NCBI GenBank assembly: GCA_045638805.1
Contig: JAZUBZ010000045.1
Location: forward strand, 1 to 52,855
DNA from: Eubacteriales bacterium
GTDB lineage: Bacteria; Bacillota; Clostridia; Oscillospirales; CAG-272
Length of the DNA stretch: 52,855 bases
Direction of reading: 5' to 3'
The stretch's first letter is position 1. Every line of letters starts with the position of its first letter. Positions 8,240 through 18,090 of the stretch are shown here, in pieces. The translations under genes and the position numbers were made by a program. The notes under the pieces are model-generated. The model saw nothing but the letters and a program-made list of their open reading frames with translations, was not told the DNA's origin and made no database searches.

Positions 8240-9457
8240 TTACTTTCCTGCAAGGTAGTCGTCTATTCCGTCTACTGCCGTAACGGATATCTTACGGCTG
8301 AGAGAACACCCTGCAACGGGCTCTTTAAGTCCAAAATATATCTCATAGTACGGTACAATACAGTCCGGCGTATTCCACTTATGGAGCGATGCGTGTCCGT
8401 AATGTATGAATACGTACACCTCATCAGAATTTATCTCGGGAGCATGCCCTTCTGCATATTCGGCTTTTGCCCTCTCGATCGCCTCTGATACAGGAACTGT
8501 TCTTCCCTCGACCTTCTTTTCAAGTCTGTCAGCATCTTTACTCATCGGATGGTATCCTTTATACTCAATATTTATCTTTCCGCCGTCCTCGGTTCTGACA
8601 AAAGTCATCTCTACCGTGATATGCTTTTCCGTCATCTTCATCATGCCGTCGGTAAAGTCGGTCTTCGGTGAAGCGAAGATAAACCTGTACATATACTTAT
8701 TCTGATTATATATATCAGTTCTTGCAGACCCTCTGTGAGCGACTTCTTCAAAACCGAGATATTCGACGATCGCCTTATAGTACTTATTTAAAGTAACATA
8801 TTCAAGTGCTTCTCTGTACGACATATCGCGGTATTCTTCCGCTCTTGTGATCTCAAGGGGAACCCTTACCCACTCAACATTAGCCTTCATCAATGGCTCG
8901 CCGTTTGGATTTAGTTCGATATACGGGTCATCGGGAAAATATGAGTCACCTCCCAATTTGGACTCATCATATTCCTCTCCATAGAGTATCTTTGCAAATC
9001 TTGTTATCTCTTCACGAGCCATTTGCATATGGTTTTCATTTGCAACACCGTATCTTTCAGTTGTTATGTATACGGGTAAGGTTTCGGGGAGATGTGTATC
9101 GACATTCACTTCGCACTTCTCGTCCGTGTCCATGAGTTCACTTACGAATGTAGGGGGATACGTACACTGACTGCTGTCGGGATCGTGCTCGTGTTCCGCT
9201 TCGGGATCGTACGGCTCGGGTGTCCAGTCGGGAAGGTCTGGCACTTCAATCGGAATATCTGTGTTTCCCGTTGTATCAGTAAGACCCGTCGCAGGTACGT
9301 TACCGCCACTCAGCAACCATGCGCCCGTGCCGACTGACATACATAATACAAATGCACAAAGTGTTATCGCAAGCTTTTTACGATTGTTTTTTCTTCGCTG
9401 TAACTCCGAGTCTCTTCGTCTACGGATCTCAGCGGTCGCTTCTTCATAACTCATCAT
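8240..9457 (-). CDS. Putative membrane-anchored anti-sigma factor
   Basis: Overlaps the sigma stop. N-terminus (YEEATAEIRRRRD...FVLCMSVGTGAW) is homologous to that of 2065-3633; single TM helix plus extracellular domain. Confidence 0.7.
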   Translation of the reverse strand: MMSYEEATAEIRRRRDSELQRRKNNRKKLAITLCAFVLCMSVGTGAWLLSGGNVPATGLTDTTGNTDIPIEVPDLPDWTPEPYDPEAEHEHDPDSSQCTYPPTFVSELMDTDEKCEVNVDTHLPETLPVYITTERYGVANENHMQMAREEITRFAKILYGEEYDESKLGGDSYFPDDPYIELNPNGEPLMKANVEWVRVPLEITRAEEYRDMSYREALEYVTLNKYYKAIVEYLGFEEVAHRGSARTDIYNQNKYMYRFIFASPKTDFTDGMMKMTEKHITVEMTFVRTEDGGKINIEYKGYHPMSKDADRLEKKVEGRTVPVSEAIERAKAEYAEGHAPEINSDEVYVFIHYGHASLHKWNTPDCIVPYYEIYFGLKEPVAGCSLSRKISVTAVDGIDDYLAGK

Positions 9458-9995
9458 AGGTTATTCCCTCCTTCTCAAGTTCAGTTTTAAGTGACATTCT
9501 TGCTCTGTATATAAGGCTGTCAAACTGTCTCGGGGATTTTTTCATAATTCGTGCCGCCTCAGCATAGCTGAAGCTTTCAAAATACACCAGCCACAACGCT
9601 TGGGTGTGCTCTGCTTTCAGGTTATTTATACACCGTCTGACGGATGCATTTCTCTCAGTCCGCAGGTACTCTTCTTCAACAGAATCGTCCGATTCACTGA
9701 CACCCTCAACCTCATCAAGGGGGACGTGATCCTTTCGACGTCTTAAGGTATCTATAGCAAGGTTTCTGCCAATTGAATAAAGCCAAGTTTTGAAGCTTCC
9801 ATCCCCTCGAAAACGCGGTCTTTTTACGGTCAACTTCGTGAATGTATCGAGAGTAAGCTCCTCTGCAAGAGACATATTTCTCACGTGTGTATTTATGTAA
9901 AGCATAAGTCCGTCTCTATACTCTATTACAATGTCAAGAAGTGCATCCTCGTCTCCGTCAAGGTATCGTTTATAATATATCTGTCCTTTATCCAT
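9444..9995 (-). CDS. ECF RNA polymerase sigma-70 factor (paralog of 3620-4174)
   Basis: AEELTLDTFTKL..KRPRFRG..SFKTWLYSIGRNLAID; region 4 FSYAEAARIMKKS. Confidence 0.92.
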   Translation of the reverse strand: MDKGQIYYKRYLDGDEDALLDIVIEYRDGLMLYINTHVRNMSLAEELTLDTFTKLTVKRPRFRGDGSFKTWLYSIGRNLAIDTLRRRKDHVPLDEVEGVSESDDSVEEEYLRTERNASVRRCINNLKAEHTQALWLVYFESFSYAEAARIMKKSPRQFDSLIYRARMSLKTELEKEGITYDEL

Positions 9996-10035
9996 AATGT
10001 TCCCCCTTTCGCAGGTGCTTTACGGCCGTTCACAC

Positions 10036-10065
10036 ATTAGACGAAACGGGACGGGTAAAACCTTC
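10036..10065 (-). promoter_or_regulatory. Putative ECF-type (autoregulatory) promoter
   Basis: Minus strand GAAGG-N17-CGTCTAAT. Confidence 0.5.
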
Positions 10066-10100
10066 GGTATTATTTTAAAAATGTGATAATTTTTCAAAAC

Positions 10101-10129
10101 AAAAAACGGTGCCGATAAATCGGCACCGT
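10101..10129 (-). terminator. rpsU terminator
   Basis: ACGGTGCCGAT-aa-ATCGGCACCGT with T-tract on the minus strand. Confidence 0.85.
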
Positions 10130-10142
10130 CAGAAAAAACCTA

Positions 10143-10319
10143 TTACTTATACTTGCGCTTTCTTGCTGCTTCGGATTTTTTCTTTCTCTTTACGCTGGGC
10201 TTCTCATAGCACTCTCTCTTGCGAAGCTCGGCCTGAATACCTGAACGCTGGCACTGTCTCTTGAAACGACGGAGTGCACTGTCAAGTGATTCGTTTTCCT
10301 TAACTCTTACTTCTGCCAT
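10143..10319 (-). CDS. rpsU: 30S ribosomal protein S21
   Basis: Not in the ORF track (58 aa). Manual translation [58 protein letters not shown]; GGAGGG RBS. Confidence 0.97.
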   Translation of the reverse strand: MAEVRVKENESLDSALRRFKRQCQRSGIQAELRKRECYEKPSVKRKKKSEAARKRKYK

Positions 10320-10382
10320 CTACATTCCCTCCCTTCGCACTGGACAAGAATAGTTTTTTTAAAATATGCTAAACACCCTAAC

Positions 10383-10411
10383 ATTATACTTGATTTCTAC
10401 CCTTTTGTCAA
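10383..10411 (-). promoter_or_regulatory. Consensus sigmaA promoter of rpsU
   Basis: TTGACA-N17-TATAAT on the minus strand. Confidence 0.85.
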
Positions 10412-10444
10412 TACCTTGCGGAAAACTTTAAGAGAAAAATCTAA

Positions 10445-12847
10445 TTATTTTGCAACGATGTTTACTATCTTTCCGGGAACGTAAATTTCCTTGATGATGT
10501 TCTTGCCTTCAAGAGCAGCTACGATCTTGTCGTTTGCCTTAGCAGCGGCGATTGCAGCATCACGATCCGCGTCTGCGGGGATAACGATGGTCGCACGGAG
10601 CTTACCGCAGATCTGAACTGCGATCTCGATCTCGCTGTCAACACACTTAGCCTCATCGTATGCGGGCCATGCTGCAAGAGAAGCAAAGCCTTCTCCGCCT
10701 GTCATCTCCCACATTTCCTCACAAAGGTGAGGAGCGAAGGGACAGAGCATCTTTATGATCATGTGAAGCTCGTTCTTTGTAATGTGACCTACCTCGTATA
10801 CCTTGTTGATGAGAGCCATCATAGCCGCAATAGCTGTGTTGAACTTCATCTCTTCGATGTCACATGTTACCTTCTTGAGAGTCTTATGTACAAGGCTGTC
10901 AAGCTCAGCTGTAACGTCACCGCCACGAACCATGTCAACGAGACCTGCAACTCTCTCAAGGAATCTCTTACAACCCTTAACGCCGTTTTCACTCCAGGGA
11001 GCAGCAGCACCATAGTCACCCATGAAGAGGATGTACATTCTGAGAACGTCCGCACCGTATGCGTCAACTACGTCGTTGGGGTCAACTACGTTACCCTTGG
11101 ACTTACTCATCTTCTCTCCGTCGGGACCGAGGATGAGACCCTGAGCTGTACGCTTTGCGTAAGGCTCTGCTACGGGAACAGCTCCGATATCATAAAGGAA
11201 GCGGTGCCAGAAGCGGGAGTAGATAAGGTGACGTGTTACGTGCTCCATACCGCCGTTGTACCAGTCAACGGGGAGCCAGTACTTCAGCTCCTCGGGATCA
11301 GCGATACAGTCGGCATTGGTGGGATCCACGTATCTGAGGAAGTACCAGGATGAGCCTGCCCACTGAGGCATGGTATCTGTCTCGCGCTTTGCATCCTTGC
11401 CGCAGCGAGGACACTTGCAGTTTACGTAAGAATCGATCTTAGCGAGGGGGCTTTCGCCGCCTTCACCGGGCTCAAAGTTTTCGATGGTGGGAAGCTTAAG
11501 AGGAAGCTCCTCGTAAGGAACGGGAACCATTCCGCAATGCTCGCAGTGAACGATCGGAATGGGCTCGCCCCAGTATCTCTGACGGTTGAACGCCCAGTCC
11601 TTCATCTTGTACTGAACGCCTGCCTCACCGATGCCTGCCTCTGCAAGGTGAGCGATCATAGCGTCAATGGAATCCTTTTTGTTTGTAAAACCGTTGAGGA
11701 AGCCGGAGTTGACCATCTCTCCGTCGCCTGTGTAAGCGGCTTCTTCGATGTTTCCGCCCTTGATTACCTCAACGATATCGATACCGAACTTCTTAGCGAA
11801 GTCGTAGTCTCGCTCGTCGTGTGCGGGCACAGCCATGATAGCGCCTGTACCGTAACCCATCATTACGTAGTCGGAAATGTAGATGGGAATATTCTTGCCG
11901 GAAACGGGGTTGACAGCAGAGATACCCTCAATTCTTACACCTGTCTTTTCCTTAACGAGCTGTGTACGCTCAAACTCTGTCTTCTTGGAGCAGACCTCAC
12001 GATATGCCTCAACGTCAGCGAAATTAGCGATCTTGTCTGCATACTTGTCAAGGATAGGATGCTCGGGAGCCAGCACCATGAAGGTAACACCGTAAAGTGT
12101 ATCGGGACGTGTGGTGTATATCTTCAGCTTTTCGTCAGCGCCGTCAAGTGAGAAGTCAACGAATGCTCCGCGAGACTTACCGATCCAGTTGATCTGCTGT
12201 GTCTTTACGTTGGGAAGATAGTCAACGTTTTCAAGTCCCTCAAGAAGCTTGTCTGCGTACTCTGTAATGCGGAGATACCAAACGTCCTTGCTTCTCTGTA
12301 CGATATCGCTGTGGCAGATATCACACTTACCGCCCTGAGAGTCCTCGTTAGAGAGAACTACCTTACAGCTGGGGCAGTAGTTTACGAGAGTTTTATCACG
12401 GAATACAAGTCCGTTTTCGAACATCTTGAGGAAGATCCACTGTGTCCACTTGTAGTAGTCGGTGTCAGTAGTATCAACGGTACGTGTCCAGTCAAAGGAG
12501 AAACCTACTCTCTTCATCTGAGAGGTAAACTTTGCGATATTGTTGTCGGTTACCTGTCTGGGGTGGATACCTGTCTTGATAGCGTAGTTCTCGGTGGGAA
12601 GACCGAATGCGTCAAAACCGAGGGGGAAGAGAACGTTATAGCCTTCCATTCTTCTCTTTCTTGAGATTACCTCAAGACCGGAGTAAGCCTTAACGTGGCC
12701 TACGTGCATACCTGCGCCGCTGGGATAGGGGAATTCTACAAGCGCGTAGAACTTTTTCTTGGAGTGGTCGCTTGAAGCGTTGAACACCTTCGCCTCATCC
12801 CACTTGTCCTGCCACTTCTTTTCTATGTTTCTAAAGTCGTGCTTCAT
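10445..12847 (-). CDS. leuS: Leucine--tRNA ligase
   Basis: FPYPSGAGMHVGH (HIGH), KMSKS, editing domain TTRPDT...GYGTGAIMAVPAHDERD. Confidence 0.98.
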   Translation of the reverse strand: MKHDFRNIEKKWQDKWDEAKVFNASSDHSKKKFYALVEFPYPSGAGMHVGHVKAYSGLEVISRKRRMEGYNVLFPLGFDAFGLPTENYAIKTGIHPRQVTDNNIAKFTSQMKRVGFSFDWTRTVDTTDTDYYKWTQWIFLKMFENGLVFRDKTLVNYCPSCKVVLSNEDSQGGKCDICHSDIVQRSKDVWYLRITEYADKLLEGLENVDYLPNVKTQQINWIGKSRGAFVDFSLDGADEKLKIYTTRPDTLYGVTFMVLAPEHPILDKYADKIANFADVEAYREVCSKKTEFERTQLVKEKTGVRIEGISAVNPVSGKNIPIYISDYVMMGYGTGAIMAVPAHDERDYDFAKKFGIDIVEVIKGGNIEEAAYTGDGEMVNSGFLNGFTNKKDSIDAMIAHLAEAGIGEAGVQYKMKDWAFNRQRYWGEPIPIVHCEHCGMVPVPYEELPLKLPTIENFEPGEGGESPLAKIDSYVNCKCPRCGKDAKRETDTMPQWAGSSWYFLRYVDPTNADCIADPEELKYWLPVDWYNGGMEHVTRHLIYSRFWHRFLYDIGAVPVAEPYAKRTAQGLILGPDGEKMSKSKGNVVDPNDVVDAYGADVLRMYILFMGDYGAAAPWSENGVKGCKRFLERVAGLVDMVRGGDVTAELDSLVHKTLKKVTCDIEEMKFNTAIAAMMALINKVYEVGHITKNELHMIIKMLCPFAPHLCEEMWEMTGGEGFASLAAWPAYDEAKCVDSEIEIAVQICGKLRATIVIPADADRDAAIAAAKANDKIVAALEGKNIIKEIYVPGKIVNIVAK

Positions 12848-12872
12848 TACATACTTGCCTTTCTTATATTAC

Positions 12873-13277
12873 TTAATCTTCTGTTATCATTTCGGAGATA
12901 TCTACGTCGGTGGTGCCGTCGTAGAGCTTCTCAAGATTATAAAATTCTCTTGCCTGGGGATTGAACACGTGGAGGATAACTCCGCCGTAATCCTTAAGGA
13001 GCCAGATACCTGTGTCGTATCCCTCTGTTCTGAGGCATTCGATACCGACCTGCTCAAGCTTATAGTCAGCCTCGTCTCCGAGCGCCTTTACCTGTGTACG
13101 GGACATACCCGTGCATACTACAAAGTAGTCTGTGATAACTGTCTGATCCTCTACATGAAGGAGCTTAATACCGCGCGCCTTCTTGGAGTCAAGAGCAGAA
13201 ACGATAATCTGAGCGATCTCAAGGGATGTTTCGGGAGCCTTTACTTCTTCACCTGTGATGTTTTCGATGTTTTCCAT
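12873..13277 (-). CDS. rsfS: Ribosome silencing factor
   Basis: ALDSKKA..I....TDYFVVCTG...W.L.DYG.VILHVF....REFYNLEKL. Confidence 0.95.
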   Translation of the reverse strand: MENIENITGEEVKAPETSLEIAQIIVSALDSKKARGIKLLHVEDQTVITDYFVVCTGMSRTQVKALGDEADYKLEQVGIECLRTEGYDTGIWLLKDYGGVILHVFNPQAREFYNLEKLYDGTTDVDISEMITED

Positions 13278-13337
13278 TATTTAATATCCTTCCATAATCC
13301 GACGGGGCGCACAGCGCCGTTCGGTCACGTTAATTAA

Positions 13338-14498
13338 TCATGTTCTGGGGACGCTTATGTCGTCTTCGCCCGTGTAAATGTTCTCGTCAAACAGCTTTTC
13401 ACCGTTGTAGATATTGTATACGGACGGGTCGGACGGGTTGTTGAACTGTCCCTTGCTGTCAAACACAGCGCTTGTTATCTCACGGTCAAAGGTATTGAAA
13501 TACGCATTGATCGCTTCAAGGGTCTTTGCCTTGTTCATTACGTAATGGGAATAGTTTACGTTTCCGGGCATAGTGAGCATTCTGATGTTACTCATGTCGA
13601 GAGAAAGCGCGCTTCTTCCGAAGTACACGATATCGTCGATGCCAAGGTTGGTCTCTATGTTATCGAATACCTCTTTTGCAAGATTGCTGATGGTGGAAAC
13701 GTTGGTGATGCTGATAGAGCTCTTCAGCTTACCAAAGAACGCGATTACGAACTGCTTCTGTGCATTTACTCGGCCAAGGTCACCCTGAACATATCCGTAA
13801 CGGAAGCGTACGAATCCCTCGGCCATATCACCGTTAAGTGTCTGATGACCTGCGGGAATACGAATGGTGAGATCCTGTACCGGATCGTAGTATTCCATAT
13901 CTGCGGGAACGTCCATTTCAACGCCGCCGATAGCATTAACGATATTTTTGAATCCCTTAAGATCCATTATCGCCGCAAAATCGATGTTGATACATAGGCT
14001 GTCCGCAAGTAAGTCTGCCATGGTCTCAAGCGCATGATTATATGCCTTATTTTCGCCCTCTCCCTGAACGTTACGGTAGTAATTAAAGTGGTCAACGAAC
14101 AGCTCGTTCGCCTTATTTGTAATAATAGATACGCCGTCCGTGCTCTTAACGTATGTGTCACGGGGGATCTGCATTACTGTAACGCTTCCGTTGTTATTAT
14201 TGATATTCATTATCATAATAACGTCGGTCAGCATTGCTTCTTTGTCCTGACCAAGCAGGAGTATATTGTACGAACCGCTTACCGCCTCAAAATCGTGGGT
14301 TATCTCTATGGTATTACCCTCTTCGTCGGTTACGTATTCAATAAACTGTCTGTCATCGGATTGTGGCTTATGAAGCAGAAAATAGGTTGCTGTCGCAAGG
14401 ATCGCCGCATAAAGCACCAAAATTACCGCAACGATCACCTTGTGTTTGGTAGATACTCTTGATCTGCGTCTGACATTACGGGGCTGATTATTATTCAT
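13338..14498 (-). CDS. LytR-CpsA-Psr (LCP) family protein
   Basis: N-terminal TM helix; NILLLG.D, IPRDT, IGGV, L.G..A..FVRFR, DLGR...Q. Confidence 0.92.
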   Translation of the reverse strand: MNNNQPRNVRRRSRVSTKHKVIVAVILVLYAAILATATYFLLHKPQSDDRQFIEYVTDEEGNTIEITHDFEAVSGSYNILLLGQDKEAMLTDVIMIMNINNNNGSVTVMQIPRDTYVKSTDGVSIITNKANELFVDHFNYYRNVQGEGENKAYNHALETMADLLADSLCINIDFAAIMDLKGFKNIVNAIGGVEMDVPADMEYYDPVQDLTIRIPAGHQTLNGDMAEGFVRFRYGYVQGDLGRVNAQKQFVIAFFGKLKSSISITNVSTISNLAKEVFDNIETNLGIDDIVYFGRSALSLDMSNIRMLTMPGNVNYSHYVMNKAKTLEAINAYFNTFDREITSAVFDSKGQFNNPSDPSVYNIYNGEKLFDENIYTGEDDISVPRT

Positions 14499-14546
14499 AT
14501 TCGCCTAACCTTTCTTAAAATACCGAGGATAGCGACAAGACACATG

Positions 14547-15761
14547 TCAATGTCTCGGTATATAAATGTTTTCCGCATCCTCTCCGTTGTATACGGAGGG
14601 ATCCCAGATGTTTTCCTCGGGAGAATAATACGTATAAGGAGAGCCGTTGAATATCTGGGCGGGGTCAAACATACCGTCTGTAAGTTCACCGTCATATACG
14701 TGATACCTTGTGCTTATAACATTGAGCATCGCCGCCCTGTTCATTACGTAATATCCGTTTGCCAGATTACCGGGCATGGTCATCATGTTCATACCTGACA
14801 GGTCACACTGCAGTATGCACTGAGCAAAATACAGCAAGTCTCCCGCCTCCATGTCCGTATCGATATTTGTGAATATCTCGTTTGCAAGCTCGGTAAGACG
14901 TGACACGTTGGTTATGGAAAGACTGCTCTTCACCTTGTTGAAAAGAGCCGCGATAAACTGCTTCTGCGCATTCTGTCTTCCAAGGTCCGCGGTGGTGTAT
15001 CCTGCACGGTATCTTACGAATCCTTCTGCCTGCTCTCCGTTAAGTGTTTGATAGCCTGCAGGAATGTTGATATAAAGTCCCTGTGCGGGATCGTTATAGT
15101 ACATTCCCTGCTCAACGTATATCTCAACACCGCCTAAGATATTGACGATATTACAGAATCCGTTAAGGTCCATAATGGCGGAATAGTCAATCTCGATGGC
15201 AAGGCTCTTTTCAAGAGTATCAGCAACTGCTCCCAGTGCCTTCAAATAGGAAGCCGACTGGTCAAAGGTCTGCCTGTAATTTATATTATAATATGTACTG
15301 AACAGTGCATTTATCTTGTTCGTCGGAATAAAGATTCCGTCATGGTTGGATATCCAAGTGTCACGGGGGATCTGGGTTATGGTTATGCTGTGATCTCTGT
15401 TGTTAATATTCACCAACATGAAAACATCAGTCAGCATTGCGGCTCTGTCGTGACCGAGAAGAAGAATGTTATAGCTTTCTTCATCACGGGTCATAACGTG
15501 CTCAACCTTGTCGATAACGTTTCCGTGGGTATCGGTTACCGTCTCATAATAAACCTTGGTCTTGTTTTCGATCTGAGGTCTGTAGAACACCACTACCGAT
15601 ACTGCGGCAATGACCAGCACATATAAAACAGCAATAACGGCTATTGCCACTGTCTGTTTTCTTGAAAGCCCTCTTGATTTTTTCTTGGTCTTTAAGTCAT
15701 TTTTTTCGGAAACAGCGTTTTGCTCATTATTTGTGTTGTTTTCCATTTTGTCATTTTGCAT
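14547..15761 (-). CDS. LytR-CpsA-Psr (LCP) family protein, tandem paralog
   Basis: NILLLGHD, IPRDT, KINA, LGGV, FVRYR, DLGRQNAQ. Confidence 0.92.
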   Translation of the reverse strand: MQNDKMENNTNNEQNAVSEKNDLKTKKKSRGLSRKQTVAIAVIAVLYVLVIAAVSVVVFYRPQIENKTKVYYETVTDTHGNVIDKVEHVMTRDEESYNILLLGHDRAAMLTDVFMLVNINNRDHSITITQIPRDTWISNHDGIFIPTNKINALFSTYYNINYRQTFDQSASYLKALGAVADTLEKSLAIEIDYSAIMDLNGFCNIVNILGGVEIYVEQGMYYNDPAQGLYINIPAGYQTLNGEQAEGFVRYRAGYTTADLGRQNAQKQFIAALFNKVKSSLSITNVSRLTELANEIFTNIDTDMEAGDLLYFAQCILQCDLSGMNMMTMPGNLANGYYVMNRAAMLNVISTRYHVYDGELTDGMFDPAQIFNGSPYTYYSPEENIWDPSVYNGEDAENIYIPRH

Positions 15762-15776
15762 TTACGCCACGCTCCT

Positions 15777-16427
15777 TTAGTTATCAGCTTTTCCCTCTGT
15801 GATAAGCTTTTTAACGTAATAGTTTCTGGCTTTCACCGTATCCTGACAAACAAGTTTACCGTCATCAAGGAGATTTCTCACTGTCATGTCAAAGGATTTT
15901 ATCATTGTACGGTAAAGGACAGTATACTTGTCCTCCCCTGACATTAAAGATTCTCTGAAATATCGTCTCAGCTCAACACAATCGGGAAAAGTTCTTGTGC
16001 CTTCGATATAATCTGCCAGATAAATGATAGCTTCAAAATCACTCATGCCGTCACGGCCCGTGGTATGCCATCTTACTCCGTCCGTTATCTCGCGTTCGTC
16101 AAACTCGGGAAAATCCTTTCCGACAAGCGCCGCCGCGGTCTTGGAATGGAGAGTTTTAGGTGACAGAATATCATACTCATCTACTATTATACCAAATTCC
16201 GAGCAATATTGCAACTGTTTTTCCGAAACACACATTTTTGTAATGTCGTGAAGCAGTGCGGCGATGCGCAGTTTTATCAATTTTTCGGGAAGATATATGT
16301 TTCCCAAGTACTCCGCTTCCCTTTCAACAGCCAATGTGTGAGCGTATCTCTTCTCAGTAAGATATGGTCTTATCTGCTCTCTGAGCCTTATTACGTCATC
16401 TTCCGTATAAATTCTTTCGTCAGTCAT
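15777..16427 (-). CDS. yqeK: HD-domain Ap4A hydrolase YqeK
   Basis: RYAHT, AALLHDITK, LHS, WHTTG, YLADYIE; downstream of nadD. Confidence 0.92.
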   Translation of the reverse strand: MTDERIYTEDDVIRLREQIRPYLTEKRYAHTLAVEREAEYLGNIYLPEKLIKLRIAALLHDITKMCVSEKQLQYCSEFGIIVDEYDILSPKTLHSKTAAALVGKDFPEFDEREITDGVRWHTTGRDGMSDFEAIIYLADYIEGTRTFPDCVELRRYFRESLMSGEDKYTVLYRTMIKSFDMTVRNLLDDGKLVCQDTVKARNYYVKKLITEGKADN

Positions 16428-16431
16428 GATA

Positions 16432-17052
16432 TTATCCCTCAAGGGAACTTCCGTAAAGTCCCTTTTCTCTTATATATCTGAGCACAGGAATACTAAGGTA
16501 CTCCTTAACGGCATTATCACCGAGCCTCAGCATTTCCCTCACCTCAGTGGATGACACGGGCAATGGATCAGCATCAACGAAGATAATCGATGCCGCAAAT
16601 TTGTCCTCGTATTCCCTTGCCTTTTCGTAGAGTCTTGATGCATCAGTAATGTATCTTCTCATGCAGACTATATGTGCCATGCGGAATATCTCACTGCTCT
16701 CACGCCACCGGTCAAGGGTTAGGAGCATATCGTCTCCGCAAAGCAGATATACCCTGCCGCAAGTGGGATAAAGATGCCTGAGAGTCTCCACCGTATAGCT
16801 GAGTCCCTCTTTTTTGATCTCATAATCAGACACCTCTGCCACGTCAATTTTCCCGAAGGCAAGACGGCACATTTCAAGTCTCGCTTCGCTTGGCACGGGA
16901 TCTTCAACTACCTTATGGGGCGGAATACCCGCAGGCATGATGATAAGCTTGTCAAGTCCGATCGCACGCACAAAATTTGCCGCCGCGTTTACGTGTCCCG
17001 CATGGGGAGGCGAAAACGTCCCCCCATAGAGACCGACTTTTTTCTCTTCCAT
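16432..17052 (-). CDS. nadD: Nicotinate-nucleotide adenylyltransferase
   Basis: GGTFSPPHAGH, PPHK, SYTVETL, VSSTEVR. Confidence 0.95.
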   Translation of the reverse strand: MEEKKVGLYGGTFSPPHAGHVNAAANFVRAIGLDKLIIMPAGIPPHKVVEDPVPSEARLEMCRLAFGKIDVAEVSDYEIKKEGLSYTVETLRHLYPTCGRVYLLCGDDMLLTLDRWRESSEIFRMAHIVCMRRYITDASRLYEKAREYEDKFAASIIFVDADPLPVSSTEVREMLRLGDNAVKEYLSIPVLRYIREKGLYGSSLEG

Positions 17053-17053
17053 A

Positions 17054-17362
17054 TTATTTAAGCTTCAGCTCGGCTGAGATCTTTCTGTTTTCTTCCTTTG
17101 AGCTTACTCTGAAAAGCACGAACTTTCTGCCGATAACGGACACAACGTCTGCGCCCAGCTTTTCGGATACTGCATCAGCCACTTCTCTCGAGGTAACGCC
17201 TGCAGTCTCGAGAACGGTAAGCTTTACAAGCTCGTGAGACTCAAGAGCCACGTCGATGCTGTTACATACCTCATCGGAAACGCCGCCCTTACCGATCTGT
17301 GTTACGCTTTGGAGGCTGTTTGCCAGACCTCTCAGCGCCGCTCTCTGCTTACTTGTTAACAT
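17054..17362 (-). CDS. yhbY: CRM-domain RNA-binding protein YhbY
   Basis: LTSKQRAALRGLA...QIGKGG...HELVK...IGRKFVLFR. Confidence 0.95.
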   Translation of the reverse strand: MLTSKQRAALRGLANSLQSVTQIGKGGVSDEVCNSIDVALESHELVKLTVLETAGVTSREVADAVSEKLGADVVSVIGRKFVLFRVSSKEENRKISAELKLK

Positions 17363-17394
17363 ATTTATGACCATACCTTTCTTCTTTAATCAAT

Positions 17395-18090
17395 TTAGCC
17401 TATCAGCTCTTCAATAAGACGTGCAAACTGTTCCATCGCGCGTCCTCTGTGGCTGACCGCATTCTTCACTTCGGGCGTTGCCTCTGCAAAGGCACAGCCT
17501 GTCTCTTCCGAATAGAAGATTGAATCGTAACCAAATCCGCCGTTACCTCTTTCTTCAAAGAGGATACTGCCGTGGCACTCGCCTCTGACCGTTGCCGCTG
17601 ACATTATGTCAACTCCCGCTTCTATGGAATATGCGGGACACGCAATATACTTAGCGGGGATCGTGTAAGGCGAATTTTTTGGAAGCACAAGGGACGCAAC
17701 ACATACAAAACGTGCGCTTCTTTCTTCCGCGGGAACACCGTCAAGCTTTCTGAGTATCTTCGCGCGATTAGCCGCGTCTCTGTCGTCTGCTTCTCCCTCG
17801 TCCTCGGAATATCTTGCGGAATAAATACCCGGCTCACCGCCAAGGACATCTACGCAAAGTCCGGAGTCGTCGGCAATACCGATATAACCGAGCTTTGCCG
17901 CGGCTGACGCCTTGATCAGTGAATTTGTCTCAAAGCTCTTACCGTATTCGTCAATATCTCCTTCGAATCCGATATCACGGAGTGAAAGGACTCTCGCCTT
18001 GCCTCCGAGCTTTTCGTCGATAAGGCACTGAAGCTCCGCGATCTTTTTTTTATTATTTGACGCAAGTACGAACTCTACCATATCTGCCAT
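17395..18090 (-). CDS. rdgB: Non-canonical purine NTP pyrophosphatase (RdgB/HAM1)
   Basis: ASNNKKKIAE, ADDSGL, PGIYSARY, GFGYD, KNAVSHRGRA. Confidence 0.93.
   Translation of the reverse strand: MADMVEFVLASNNKKKIAELQCLIDEKLGGKARVLSLRDIGFEGDIDEYGKSFETNSLIKASAAAKLGYIGIADDSGLCVDVLGGEPGIYSARYSEDEGEADDRDAANRAKILRKLDGVPAEERSARFVCVASLVLPKNSPYTIPAKYIACPAYSIEAGVDIMSAATVRGECHGSILFEERGNGGFGYDSIFYSEETGCAFAEATPEVKNAVSHRGRAMEQFARLIEELIG

Noticed and set aside
12847-12873. T-box riboswitch upstream of leuS
   Set aside because: Only 25 bp separate rsfS and leuS; there is no room or T-box motif.
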